Positions 12,541-26,179 of a DNA stretch of 64,000 nucleotides are shown in pieces. The stretch is from NCBI RefSeq assembly GCF_006345805.1, contig NW_021836146.1, positions 124,001-188,000 of the forward strand, read 5' to 3'. This DNA comes from Octopus sinensis. Lineage: Eukaryota. A model generated the notes under the pieces. That model saw only the letters and a program-made list of their open reading frames with translations, ran no database searches and was not told the DNA's origin. A program made the position numbers and the translations under genes. How positions within the stretch are numbered: the first letter of the stretch is position 1; each line of letters opens with the position of its first letter.

Positions 12541-13833
12541 TACGCGGGGTATCAAATAAATTCCCAGACTAGTTCTGTAGCATACCAAGAGATAGCAGCA
12601 TACAGTTACTTGCACAGTGAGAGCTAGCAGTGTCATTCATGAAGCAGTATGCCAAGTGACATAACTGTGTTTACTTTGCAAGTTGTGAAATTTGTGTTTT
12701 TGTGATCACGTGTATGCTATAATCTGTGATTTTGTCATGGATAGTAAGTTAGAACAAAGAACCAATGAGAAATTTGCCTTAAACTTGGAAAGTCTGCTAC
12801 AGAGGCATTGAGCATGCTTTGGTAAGCTTATAGTGAAGAGGCAATGGATCATATGCAATGTTTCAAGTGGCACAGATACTTAAAAAACAGAAGAATGTCC
12901 CTGGAAGACAATGAGCAATCTGGAAGACCTTCCATGAGTGCCACCTCTGGAAAAACTTGTGTGTGAGGATCATTAGAGGACAATTATTGACACTGCTGAT
13001 GTTGTTGGTCTGTTGAATGGGTCTGTGCAGGCAATCCTAGCATTTAAATTGAATGTACAGTATGTGTCTGCCAAGTTTGCCCTCCACCTCTTGACCACTG
13101 AGCAGAAAGAACATTGCGTCGAAGTCTGTCAAGAACTCCATCTGTGTGCCGCCAAAAACTCATCCTTCATATCGAGAATCATCACCTGTGATGAGAGTTG
13201 GGTCTATAGGTATGAGCCTGAGATGAAGCAGCAGTCATCACAATCAAAGAACCCTTCATCCCCTATGACCAAAGAAGGCATAACAAGCTGCAGCTCAGTC
13301 AAGAGCATGCACATTCTTTTTATTTGACGTCTACAGCATTGTATATCAAGAATTCATTCCCCAGGGCCAGGCCTCAATCGCGAGTTCTATTGCAATATTT
13401 TGAAATGTTTGAGGAAGGACATTCAACAAAAGCAACCAGATCTGTAAAGTGCGAAGAACTGGATTCTTCACAACAACAATGCACCCTGCCCTCAAGCTCT
13501 TCTTACTTGTGAGTTTCTCACTAAAAACAACATGGTATTGCTTCTGCACCTACTATTTTTGCAAGAATTAGCACCTGCAGACTTCCATCTCTTACCCAAG
13601 ATGAAAATGCAGCTTAAAAGTCACCATTGTATAGATCCAGAGTGAATTGTAGAAGGGCCTCGACTTGCTTACAGGAAACAACTACCAGGCCAGATTCCAA
13701 AAGTGGCAGCAATGTGAGAACTGTTGTATTGCTGTGCAAGGTGACTATTTTGAAGGAGATGATGTTAAAGCTTAGGTAAATAAAGTTGTTTTTTTTTATT
13801 AAACATATCTAGTCTGGGAACTTTTTGATACTT
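12541..13833 (+). mobile_element. Near full-length (~1.3 kb) decayed mariner transposon
   Basis: TIRs GTATCAAATAAATTCCCAGACTAG (left) and CTAGTCTGGGAACTTTTTGATAC (right). Transposase from the ATG at ~12737: MDSKLEQRTN..KSATEAL, SGRPS, ITCDESWVY, WILHNNNAP, LAPADFHL, ending GDYFEGD. Multiple stops and frameshifts. Confidence 0.95.
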
Positions 13834-14359
13834 GGAAAGAATGAATACCTGGGAAAAAATGAAGTTCCATAAGTGTGTACATGTCTTTTGAGTATCGAAG
13901 TGGGGCTATGTGCATACATATGTATATATATATATAGGTACCGTATGTTTCTGGTACAAGTATTTGTGTGTGTAGTAACATATGTTCAGTATACATACAT
14001 TCACACATATATACACACCACAATGTTTAAGTTTCTATTTAAAATAAAAGAAACATAACAGAAGACTATAAATGTATGACTTTCTAACATTCTGCAAAGA
14101 AATTACTTTGCTCAGAAGAAATCACTGAATGTTGACAGTGACCTTTCAAATCAGAAAAGGCTAACCTAGGTACTTATTCTTCTATTGTGCCTGTCTGATA
14201 TTTCCTTTCCATTCGGGCTCTTTCTCACAGAGAATAGAAGCTAATTCAATAATTTAAATACACTCGTAGACAACATATATATGCAATCTCACTACTTCAC
14301 TTGTTTCACCTTGTTCATTTTTCTGGCTACATCTTATTGTTTTTCTGCATATCTCTTAT

Positions 14360-14535
14360 CCTTCTTTTTGTCATTCTATTCTCTCTCTTTCTTGCTCTCT
14401 TCTCTTTTTCCGAAAAAGTCACTATCAGCCTGTTTTTTCCATCCCCTCTTTCTCTCTCTCTCCTCCTCTCTCTATCTCTCCCCTTATCTATATCACTCTT
14501 AACCAAATCTAAAAGTTCTTTTCTCCCATCTTTGT
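14360..14535. repeat. Pyrimidine-rich (CT/TTC) low-complexity tract
   Basis: Visible directly; it generates spurious ORFs at 14281-14537. Confidence 0.8.
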
Positions 14536-15492
14536 GAGTTATTAATTACTATAATACAGAGTTGAAGTAATTCTTTTAATGATTCATTTCCTTTTTGATT
14601 TGGTCATTTACTTTCTAGCTTTTTCTATTTTAACACTGACTCAATACACAGAGTACTTTGTCATCAGATGATTCCAGAACCTAATAAACAAAGGTGAACA
14701 GAACAATTCTTAACTTTTTTTTCTCTCTCAAAATCCCTTAAATATCATTTGTTCAGAACTTCCTATCAATATATATATTTCATACCCAGCTATAAACCAT
14801 AGTAAAAGTTTAGAACTGAAAAATGGTACAAATACAGATAGCAAACACACACACATACACATTTGAAAAGTAGTGTGGCATATGTTTCATAATGATAAGA
14901 TGTTTAAATGCTATAATTTTCATCAATAAGGAAGTAAATAAATTTATAGTACCAAAGATAATCTATATCTAGCTGCAGGCATTGTACTGTAAATCTAACT
15001 CAACTTTCTAAGGCAGATATGTGAATTGAAATCATCAGTTTGCAAACAAAATCAATGATTTGGACAGACAATATGAGCAGCTTCATTTATAGACCTAAAG
15101 CTTTTGGTGAAAAAAAAACAAACTGTATGTCATAATGTCATCATTCCTCTTCTCAAAATGTGATGCATCATCACTATGAAGCTTAAAAATAATAAGCCCC
15201 CCCCTCCTCCCACTTTCTTTTTTGAAATGAATTGTATATCTGTTGCTATCACTGTAGATCTACTTTTTACAATGCGCAACTCCTACTCAAGGTGATAGTA
15301 GAGGTGAAAGCAGTAGCATAAAGAGAAAATGCAAAGGGAACAGCTTGAAGATTAAAACTAATTTTTCTTTTTCTTTTTTTTACAAAGGATTGATGTAAGA
15401 GAAAAACTCAAACCAAATTATATGCAAAAGAGAAAATTTTCCATATCATAATTGAAGAAGTTTTATTGTAATAGCATATTACAGTTTATTAA

Positions 15493-15696
15493 CATTTTAG
15501 CATTCAGGTTACTCTTTCAAATGTAATGTTTATCGATTCCCATTTTTCTGAATTAATCAGATATCTTCAAACTTTGAGATTTCAATGATATGCTTGTATA
15601 TTTTTAGGATTGGTGTGAGAGGCTGAATCTGGTCAGTTTGAATATATAACAAGAAGAATATTTTGACTAGATAAGGCCAGTTTAAATGCTAAAGGG
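15493..15696 (-). mobile_element. piggyBac-type MITE (TTAA-flanked), second copy of the element at 41032
   Basis: TTAA at 15489-92 and 15697-700. The right end is AATGCTAAAGGG and the left end is degenerate (CATTTTAGCATT). Internal sequence is the reverse complement of 41032-41253. Confidence 0.75.
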
Positions 15697-15754
15697 TTAA
15701 AGACTTTGTGAACTAATTTGTCCATGCAGTGGGTTATTTTGATTTCTTTTTTTT

Positions 15755-16014
15755 TTCATTTTACTTGTTTTGGTCATCTCCCTGTGGCCATGCAAAGGCA
15801 CTGCCATGAAGAGTTTTAGCCAAACATGTCAACCCCAGGACTTTCTTTCGTAAAGCCTGCTACTTATTTTCACGGTCTCCTTGCCAAACTGTTAAGTCAC
15901 TGGGATGGAAACACACCAGCACCAGTTGTCAAGCAGTGGTGAAAGATAAACACAGATATGAAGATACACACAAATAGATATACACACACATATATGTGTG
16001 TGCATGTGTGTGTG

Positions 16015-16052
<38 letters not shown>

Positions 16053-16200
16053 ACGGCTTCTTTCAGTTTCCATCAACCAAATTTACTCAAGACTTTTGTT
16101 GGCCCAAAGCTATAGTAGAGGACACTTGCCCAAGATGCCATGCAGTGGGACTGAACCCAGAACCATGTGGTTGGGAAGCAAGTTTCTTACCACACAGCCA
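15755..16200 (-). mobile_element. SINE family A copy
   Basis: Reverse complement of the head (GCAGTGGGACTGAACCCAGAACCATGTGG..CCACACAGCCA) and a diverged tail. Confidence 0.9.
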
Positions 16201-16987
16201 CAAAGAAAAGCTTAACTAGGTTCTTTAGCATATATTTGTTTCAAATATTCTTTTGCCATCAAATTCTACCAATGTGTGACACATTTAAAAAAACCTTTAT
16301 AAAAAGTCTTAAGCACCAGTATACAAGTATCTAGTTAAATTTATTCAGGGAAGGATATCTGTTAAGGTTCTATAAAGAAGGCATCGTGTTGTCTAACTTT
16401 AGGCAATTGATTTTAAGCTGGAAACTACAAAGCTCTTAATCCCTGACTGCCAAATACCAGAGGAGGAACATCCAATTAATCTTCACCAAACGTGGACTAA
16501 ACTACCTATCATTAAATAACAATAATAAATTTTTAAAATGAGCAAAATAAAACATCTGCTGTCATTTAAAACTGTACAAGTTTACTATTTAGCAAAGTGT
16601 CTTAATTTCAATATTTAACTTGACATAACATAGTTGATATAAGTTTAGAGGCAAAGACAAGAAGTTAATACAGCAAAAAGAGAGAATTCAATTTCAGTAA
16701 CACCATTTATAAACTGCAGAGGAATTAAACACGCCAACATAGACATGAGCTTACTTTTATCAATTCTCTTATATTCAGTGAGATAATGGACGTTATGCTG
16801 GAAAGCATCAAGTCAGCAATGATGAACTTTGCTATTCATGTCATAAGAGGTGACAAAACAATGCCAGTAATAAAGATGAATTGATTATAACAACTATCAT
16901 ACTTTTATTTGAAAACATTTCTTTAGCACCTTATCATAAGAAATTATCATCATCATCATCATTATTATTATTATTATCATTTTTATT

Positions 16988-17200
16988 GGTGGTGAGCTAG
17001 CAGAATCGTTAGCATGTCAGGCAAAATGTTTAGCAGCATTTTGTCTATTTTTACATTTTGAGTTCAAATTCCATTGAGGTCAGCTTTGCCTTTCATCCTT
17101 TCAGAGTCAATAAAATAAGTACCAGTTGAACACTGGGGTTAATGCAATCGACTCGTCTCCTCCCCACAAATTGCTGCCCTTGTGGAAAAATTTGAAACCA
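16988..17200 (+). mobile_element. SINE family B copy embedded in (ATT)n microsatellite
   Basis: GGTGGTGAGCTAGCAGAATCGTTAGC..GAGTTCAAATTCC..GCCTTTCATCCTTTC..AAGTACCAGTT, flanked on both sides by ATT/ATC repeats. Confidence 0.9.
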
Positions 17201-17231
17201 TTATTATTATTGTTGTTATTATCATTATTAA

Positions 17232-17425
17232 GGTGGTGGGCTGACAAGATCATAAGCATGCTGGACAAAATGCTTAGTAGAATATGAGCTGAGTCCAGAT
17301 TCTACAGAGGTTGACATTGCTATTCATTCTTTCAGGATCAATGAAATAAATACCAGTTGTGTACTGAGTCAATGTATTTGACTGGCTCCTTCCCCAAAAA
17401 TATTAGGTCTTGTACCTATAGTAAA
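17232..17425 (+). mobile_element. Older SINE family B copy, tandem to the preceding one
   Basis: Degenerate GGTGGTGGGCTGAC..AAATACCAGTTGTGTACTG, preceded by (ATT)n. Confidence 0.75.
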
Positions 17426-19112
17426 ATCACCCTCATCATTATCAGAGACAGCAGCAGCCAGAGCAGAAGTATAGGCAGTTTAACTGCCAAAGTTAAACTT
17501 ATTTCTTGTTGAATTGAGTATTTGTCATTGGTTCTAAACTCAAGTTAGGTATGTTGCATAAGGTAGATCTCAAGTACCTTAATCTACCTTATGCGGGTTC
17601 CTGGATAATGTTTAACCAATTGTTTTCAAATGGATGTTACCACCCTTGTTGGCTCCTCACTGACAACTACCCACCATACTTTCTTAACATGCATTAACCT
17701 GCTTATTGTTTCATGATACAGACAAATGAATGAAGTAATGGAGAGATATAATGCTTCTGTGTAAAAATGCACAAGCTCTTGAATAAAGTTTAAATAGATA
17801 TTTAAAATAAAAAGTGGTCCTAATTTGCTCAACTTATTTTAAACTTTAAAACTTTATATGCTGCTAATATGGATGGAAAAGTTTATTTAAATAATTAACA
17901 ACTGACTTCTGCTCAATGGTTCGTGATTGACATACCATTCTTTGACTAAAGTTATTGGAATTCATGCATATTCATTGATTGAATAAATTCAATGATTCAA
18001 CTTTCATCTGATAATTTTGGAGGAGACGCTATTAAGTTCATGCTTGAAATCAAATACCTAGACAACAACTAATATAATCATCAATTTGTCATAGCTTTAA
18101 TCATGCTAAATATTCTGAAATAAAATATTCAGTTAAAAAGGAAAAAATAAATATATATTACCAAAGAAAAATATTAAAATACATAAAAAATTATTCTTAA
18201 AAAGAGTGTAAATATTTCTTTAATATGTGATTTTTACCATATATCTATATTTAAATGAAAATTTCAGTTAGGTTTTAAAATAAAGAATTTATCAGCTCAT
18301 ATTTTGGACACAGGCTAAATCTGAACTTATGGCCAGAAAGTTTAATTTCTCAACTAGTTTCAACAGAGTAAATGAAAAAAGCAAAATTAAATTTAATGTA
18401 ATTTCAGATACAGTCTAGATAACTAATTTAATTTCAAAATCTCATTTCCATAATCTTGAAGGCTGGTTTGTTCAGTGAAGTTGTATATTGTGTATATACA
18501 GTCTTGGTGAAAATCAGCTAAATGTCATTCCTACAGTTAAACAATCAACCCAGAAATCCACACCTATGATCTCAACACCCTTGCTATTGCAAGTTTTAAA
18601 TTATAACCAGTACTCCAGACAGTTTTCCAGGTGCTCAATCTCTATATCTAAGCTTCCCCAATGTGATCAGATGCTTTAATACAAAACATTATTTTAGCTA
18701 CAATGAAATAGAACTGAAACAGAATTCCAACAGTGGGATAAAATTTGAAATTATAAATCAATAACCTACCAACTAATCCTCTTGATACTTTGACTACTTC
18801 CTTAATTTTAATTCACTGAAAGGAAAATTTCAGTTAAGAGCTGTTACATTATCTATGTATTACCATCTTTGGACTTGTAAAAGTGCTAATACAGAAGAAA
18901 TCTAATATTATATATATAAAATGTTATCTGACCCAATAAAATTTTAACCACAATATCATGAACTAAGGTAGTTCAATATTCTTTTTATCACATACTAAAA
19001 CTGCCAGTTTACAGATTCAACATATTTAAAATCTACTTTCTAAACTTTACCAGGTAAATCTAATATTTCACATGTCAGTACAAGTCTCTGTGGGAAATTT
19101 TCAATAACTAAC

Positions 19113-19182
19113 CAATGCACTGCGATATGGCTTTGCATCACATATGCTTTTCCAGATATAAATCTTTCTGATATGCCATTAT
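19113..19182 (-). CDS. Candidate internal coding exon of an unidentified spliced gene (xNGISERFISGKAYVMQSHIAVHW)
   Basis: Acceptor TATTATTGTCTTTGTTTTCAG, donor TTG|GTTAGT, 70 nt, phase 1 to 2, non-repetitive sequence. No homology recognised. Confidence 0.45.
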
Positions 19183-21408
19183 CTGAAAACAAAGACAATA
19201 ATAATGAAATTCTATCTTGATAGCTCTAACTTTTAGCTAACTGAAATAACTTTAGAGAACTGAGCATTTTCACTTGCAACTTTAATTACCTATCCTACTT
19301 TGAGATGAAATGTATAATAATTTACAGTTTAAATCTCATGAGACTTGTGTTATTTTTATATTGTTACAGTGGCCTTCTCCATTGACAACTTTTGTTTAAC
19401 TACAACAAAGGTCTCCATTTCAAAATGAAATATATTGTAATTATTGTTTGTGTGTGTGTGTGTAAGTGTATGTGTGTGCACACATACACATGCACATATA
19501 TGCAATGCAAGAGCAATACAGGGAAATGCTTCAAAGTTTCACCAGATTCATAGCATACCCTAGATATTACCATACCATTTGTATGGTAATAGCTAAGGTA
19601 TGCTATGAATTCAGAAAGGTAACTAGAGAGGTATCAATTTGTTGGAACAGATTATGAAAAGTGTTACAGAAGAATTTCATTAGGAACAAAATTAGTCTAT
19701 ATCCAAAGCAATTCAACTTTGTGCCATAAAACAGAACTAATAATTCTATCCTCTTGTTGAGGCAACTACAAAAGTACTTACCTAAGAACAATATCATATA
19801 CCAAGCAGGATTTTCTTTTGGCACCAACACAGCACAGGTTGAACAGTCCAAGGCAAGACAGGACTAAACAAACCACACAATTTTACACTTTCTCTGCCTA
19901 ACACTTTAATGTGTACAGAGTGCATTTCTTTTACATGGGACCAGCACTGCAAAGGTTGTCTCACTCATCAATCACTCTAGAAGGAGCATAGTGTGAGGGA
20001 GCTTTCTGTTGTTGTACCAGCAAAGAAGAGGGGATATCTTGTAAATGTAAGAAGTACTCAATAACCCGAAACATGTAGAACAAGGAGAGGAATGGGGAAA
20101 GAGAGGGAGCAATGACATCAGAAAGGCTAGAAATCGGTGGAAGGGTAAAAGTGTGAATTAAAGAATACTCAGTAAGGTCGGGCATATAGATTCGATTAGA
20201 TGACTGATGATGAAAATAGGTGAGAACGCAATGACAGTACATAGACCAGAATAGGTGGTGAAAGGAGAAAGAGCATGATGGGTAAAGCAGAGTTATTTCA
20301 AATGGAGTCTGGAGTGGGGTGACTGGCAATAACAGAAGTGGACAAAGGCAAGAGTAGGTGAGAAGTAGCCTAGACGAGAGTGATAGGTGAAAGGCAAAGT
20401 TAGAGTGTATTGGGTACAAACAATTATTAGATGTAGTCTCTTACACATTGTCGAAAGATGCATAAATGTGGCAGAAGGGCAAGAATTATCTAATGCTGTC
20501 TCTTATACACTAGTCTACACTTTCCACAAGTTACCTGTTACTTTCTTGAGAAAAATAAGTGAAGAATATAAGTTAGCCAATTTTCTCTTTCATTTATTTC
20601 TTTATATTTGGTGTTACAATAAAGGATTTTAGTGCTGTCTCAAGGGTTGTGATTTCACATTTACTCCTAGTATTTGGTTGTGTTTGTGTGCAATATGTCT
20701 TATACTATATTGTTCTAGTGCCCTCACAATGTTAGTTTCCTTCACTTAGAGGCACAGGTAACACTATTTTCTGGGGTAAATTATTTTGGTAAATTGGTAT
20801 TTAAACTACAAAAAATTATCATCTCTCATCAACATTCTTGTTCAGACATTATTCAGTCATAATGAAGCAGCTATATGAGTAAAAGCTTTTAATTCATGAT
20901 CATATCAGTTTGCCCAGGCACTGTACTTTTATCTACTTTTTTTCCTTTATTAAGATTGTATGGTGTAATTTAAGGGGCTGCTATTTCTAACAAATGGAAT
21001 GACTCAGTAGTGGTTCCTTCACTGGCTTGTCAACTTGATATGCAGCTGTTTCTATGGAACATTGTGATTCATGCAAGAATCAACAATTATGTTATTATAT
21101 GAGTACATAATTTTGCTTCTAACGGTATAGCATGAATACTGGAATTGAGTAATGATGTTATATGAACAGCTGTATTGCATCGTAATTCATGAATCAGTGA
21201 ATAAACTTACAATTGTATTCTGAATTGGAAGTATAGCAGTCAATATTAATAAGTGCATTACTTCATGATGCTATATTATTTAATGCATACCTTCATAAAA
21301 TTACTATGTATTACTTTAAAATGTGAAACTTGCCAACTATTGTTTCTGATGACATAAAGCCTTTATATTTTAGCTTGCAAATACTGTTTATAAATTAACA
21401 TATTCATT

Positions 21409-21816
21409 GGAGGTGTGGCTGTGTGGTAAGTAGCTTGCTAACCAACCACATGGTTCCGGGTTCAGTCCCACTGCGTGGCATCTTGGGCAAGTGTCTTCTG
21501 CTATAGCCCCGGGCCGACCAATGCCTTGTGAGTGGATTTGGTAGACAGAAACTGAAAGAAGCTTGTCGTATATATGTATATATATATGTGTGTATGTGTT
21601 TGTGTGTCTGTGTTTGTCCCCCTAGCATTGCTTGACAACCGATGCTGGTGTGTTTACGTCCCCGTCACCTAGCGGTTCGGCAAAAGAGACCGATAGAATA
21701 AGTACTGGGCTTACAAAGAATAAGTCCCGGGGTTGATTTGCTCGACTAAAGGCGGTGCTCCAGCATGGCCACAGTCAAATGACTGAAACAAGTAAAAGAG
21801 TAAAGAGTAAAGAGTA
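21409..21816 (+). mobile_element. Full-length young SINE family A
   Basis: Near-identical to 8989; tail is (GAGTAAA)n. Confidence 0.95.
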
Positions 21817-22353
21817 TTGAATAAAGTAACAAGTAAACAGTAACCACAACATAAAGCAATGTATCAAATTTATGAGTAACACCAAAAAAAATTTGAAACT
21901 AAATGTTTAGACTTCCATCATGGATATAGATGTTATCTAATGTAAGGAACTTGGGAATTGAACACAGAGCCATGAAGCATTGAACTTTTATTAAGTAAAG
22001 TATCATTATTCAGTTACAATATATTATATGTCAAGTCTACCAATCCATAATACAAACAACTATAATCTTCTGGTATAGCTGATAGCTGAGTTAAATGTAA
22101 TAACATATATGATTAGCTACAATCATATTTTAAGTCTTATTATCACATAATTAATGAATGAATAAATAAATAGAAATAGAAAGCCAAAAAATCTACATCC
22201 TACCGAACACTGAATATATATGAGTAAATGTACAGGTAATTTGCAGATTAGTTGCTTTGAATATATTTAATAATTGCTTTTGAACAAATTAATGGCTCTA
22301 GCGGCATTTAGTGATTGCTATTGTAAGTCAATTATATCAGTTACTTTATTCAC

Positions 22354-22392
22354 CTTCAATTACATATACATCTATTAATTCTGGAGAAACTT
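22354..22392 (-). CDS. Candidate small coding exon (xVSPELIDVYVIE), phase-compatible with 19113-19182
   Basis: Donor AAG|GTGAAT; acceptor at 22393 or the alternative TTTCTCCAG at 22381; phase 1 to 1. Splicing gives ..DVYVIEDNGISERF... Confidence 0.3.
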
Positions 22393-24061
22393 CTATTAGC
22401 CATGAAGAAACACTATATTTATTTTTCATTTTTGTTCCTCCTCTTCCTCCTTCCATCATCATCATTTTCATCATCAACATCATCATCATCATCATCATTA
22501 CTACCACCATCGACATTGCTGTTATTTTGCTTTTATTCATTTGATTTTCAGATGTTATTTGAAATATCTGACATATTAAAAATGAATAATCAAATGAAAA
22601 CAGCAACAAAACCAATAACAATAATAATGTTAATAATAATAATAATAATAACAACAACTTTGAAAATATTGATACGAGAATTTTTAATTTTCTAAATTGT
22701 TTTATTTTGTGACAAACTAGTTTCACTCATGCACATTCAATATGAACTCATAAAGGATTACTAGCAGAATTCCACTGCCTTAGACGCAACTAAACATAAA
22801 CAGTGGAATACTCTCTTAAATTAATTTTAATCCAAGTTAAAGGTGAGGATTACAACTGCTTTTAAAATTAAAGGAGTTTCTTTTAAATTAGAAATAAGCT
22901 TAAATAAAAGCAGTAAAATTGCCACATACCACATAACAAATAGAATGAGAAATAATTGATATAATCTGATTTATTCTTGAAGATGACAGAATTTAACATA
23001 AAGTGACAGTGAATTTATAAAAGCATTTTAATTATGTAGTTACACATATTACAAGAACTATTTGAAAGAAAGAAAAACAATGTGAAGAGTAATGATATTT
23101 CTTTGGGCTCAATATTGGAATTTTTTTTAATCAAATTATGGGGCCATCCCCATTAAGGTAAGTGTGACTAATATTCGGCTTAAATTTCTCTAAGAAAAGC
23201 ACATGCAGGGACACTGTACCAGGGGTGACTGAAAAGGAGAAAGAATGCAGCTAGTGATGAAAAGGAACCATTGTAAGGTGAAGTGAAGAAACTAGAAATA
23301 TATAAAAGTGTACTGGCATATTATTAAGATAAATGGTGTTGATTTTCAAATCAAATAAATGGATGGAATCTTAGGGATTCAGTAGAGAATGTCTGTGTGA
23401 CGAAGTAGCTGTTCTAACCTAAATAATGAGAACAGGACTTAATTGGTGAAGCTCATTTAAACCAAAATAATTATATACAAGTGAAAGAATATTTCATGAA
23501 GAAAATAAATTCAAAATATAAACATAGTAAAACGACATGTATGGTAAAAGAAAGATATTTTTCTATGAGCAAGTGGGGAGAAAACTCTGGGGACACTTTT
23601 TTTATTGTTGTTACTCATTATAAGAAACCTAACAATAACTTGCCAAAGTATTTGCAAGTAAATTGCAAAATAAATAATGTACGTTTGTTGACAGTATGAG
23701 AAATACTAAAACATTACTTTGGTTTTTTTAATGTCCTTAATCATTACATTTGATTACATTTACATGGCTAACAATGTCTAATTATTATATAATTCATTTT
23801 GAGTGGAACTTAAGTATTATGTGAATGATTTTTCTACAAATTTAAGTTTCCAGTATGTACTAAAATAGCGTGAGGAAGTAAAAGGTCAATCGTTTCTGCA
23901 GTTAGTGTTATAGGACCTCATTGTTTTACTTATCTATTTTGATGAACATTATATTTTAAATTAGGTACAACAGAGATGTTGTTTATCTGTTCTTCTTTTT
24001 ACTAACAACTAATTTCTCAAAAGATATGAGGTACATTTGTTGCTAACAGAAGGTTCTACAG

Positions 24062-24293
24062 CAAGCATGGGCAGCCTTTTCTGAGAAGTGGGCCATATGA
24101 GACATAATTCATCACCAGGCAGATCATCATCATCATCATCATCATCATTTAGCGTCCGTTTTCCATGCTAGCATGGGTTGGACGGTTCAACTGGGGTCTG
24201 GGGAGCCCGAAGGCTGCTACAAAAAAACATTAAAGTTAATTTTTTATAAGGTGTACCTTACAGGTCTCACAATTTGCAGGTTGCCCATGACTG
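24062..24293. mobile_element. Probable hAT-type MITE containing a short RTE 3' end (24121-24218, minus strand)
   Basis: Imperfect TIRs CAAGCATGGGCAGCCT and AGGTTGCCCATGACTG; degenerate 8-bp flanks TTCTACAG / TTTTGTAG. The nested (CAT)n-TTTAGCGTCCGTTTTCCATGCTAGCATGGG matches the RTE tail at 43152. Confidence 0.55.
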
Positions 24294-25160
24294 TTTTGTA
24301 GACTAACATTGTTGACACAATTGAATAGGGTATTCACTATTTGTACTTCTGATAAAGTAAACCAATGGTGCAGATATAGACAATCAAAGAACAATCAAAT
24401 ACTGAGTTTAGACTTTAGCATATAAAATGCTTGATCAAGAGTTTCGCAGCAAGATATCTTTCTTGCAAAAATAAGCTTGAAGTGGTCCCCACCTCCAGCT
24501 TAACTAGCTACAGAAAATTTAAACTTATGAATTAGCACTCATTAGTAGAGTACTTCACTTAAATACAATTATCTACTATAATAATAATCAGGTGTTTTTC
24601 GTCACAACATATGAGAAAGGAAGGGATGAAAAAAATCAAACAACATTTCCACTTTGTGTGAGTATGTGCATGTGCAATGGAAGTGGGATGGTGAACATTC
24701 AATGCTGAAAAGGAAAATCAAACAGCATTTCAACTCTGTGTAAGTATGTGTGTGTGTGTGTGTGTACAAGAGAAGTATGTGAATGGACGTGTGAACCAGT
24801 GCTCTTTCAGTAACAAATGATGATTGATGTCACATCTCAAACGATAACATTGACAAGAGTATTAATTTGATTTACCATCCATATTCTATCTGTTATGTTA
24901 AAAATAACTACTACAATCACACAAACCTACACAAACATATACAACTTCATTAGTGAAAATAATTACTGCTTGAGTGTATCAAGAATATAAAACGACTGCA
25001 TTTGAAAAGTTTATTATAAAAACACACTTAACAGTTCATACACGTGCCTAATTTATTTATATTAAGAAATGTATGTAATAAATTTTGAATAGGGAGTTTT
25101 TAGAACATCGACTATAAGTTACAGAGTGCTTTTTGTGGCTTTAAGTCGTATGAGTTTAGG

Positions 25161-25456
25161 TTGGTTTCAGTAATGGAGAGCACAACTGAAAGAAAAGGTC
25201 ACTTCAAAAAGATTGGTATTTACTTGCCAATTCCCATATTTAGTCACAGCCAGCTTTATGTGGCCTTAAGTCAGACACAAAGGAAGGAAAACTTAAAGAC
25301 TCTTTTGAAGGAAAGAAGTCAAGGGATGTTAATTGTGGATAGATTTTTCACAAAAAACTTGGTAATAATTATTAAACTAAAAGCTTGGTTTTGTACCCTA
25401 TTTATATATCAAATACTACAATTAGCCGTCATTTTTGATGGCATAGGGTCAGCTAG
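25161..25456 (+). mobile_element. Helitron 3' end with a remnant of the Pif1-like helicase C-terminus
   Basis: ORF 25161 contains FKKIGIYLPIPIFSHSQLYVALSQ (cf. Helitron KVGIYLPEPVFSHGQLYVALSR) and TKNLV. It is followed by the hairpin GCCGTCA-TTTT-TGATGGC (25425-25442) and the terminus CTAG|T at 25453-25457. Confidence 0.88.
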
Positions 25457-26002
25457 TTTTATAATAATTATCAACAGAATATCTTTACATACATTGAGCT
25501 GGAAAATATTTATTCTATTTCCAATAATATGGTTTGTTTCTAAATTTTGTAAGTAGGTTAACTAGTGAGATAAAAGCTTCTTTTTGTCCTGTCATTATAC
25601 TGTAATTACACTGTGCACTGTAATAAATGTATTGCATTATTTTAATGAGATTATAGTCCAAAGGAGTTTGATGATCTTAATTACCAATTTACATTATGAG
25701 TATAATTATCATTATCAGCATTTTTATCATCACTAAGAAGTTCTATAACAAAGAAGCAGGTATATATAATCTAGATTTCATTCACAACCTTGAAGTATTT
25801 AATTAAGCTTTCCATTATTATTGGAAAAGGAGTAAATGACATTTATTTCTACAATTCCAGTAAGGTTTCCTAAAAAAAAAAAATCAGAAAAAGTATAAAA
25901 TTATTTTTCATATTGTACAATCCCCAGATCTCATTCATGACTGACTATTTTGGATAGTAATATTCAGTTTTAAAGATATACAAATATACACACATAGGTA
26001 CA

Positions 26003-26148
26003 TGTATGGCTGTGCAGTAAGAAGTTAGCTCCTAACCACATGGTTATAGGTTCAAACTACTATATGGCACTTTGGACAAGTGTCTTCCACTATAGCACCA
26101 GGTTATACAAAGCCTTGTGACATGATTTGGCAGACAGAAACTGAAGAA

Positions 26149-26179
<31 letters not shown>

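Noticed and set aside
19850-20420. 152-aa minus-strand ORF in more GC-balanced sequence
   Set aside because: Pyrimidine-biased with no recognisable domain; the distal part resembles a very old RTE-type 3' UTR, so it is probably decayed repeat.
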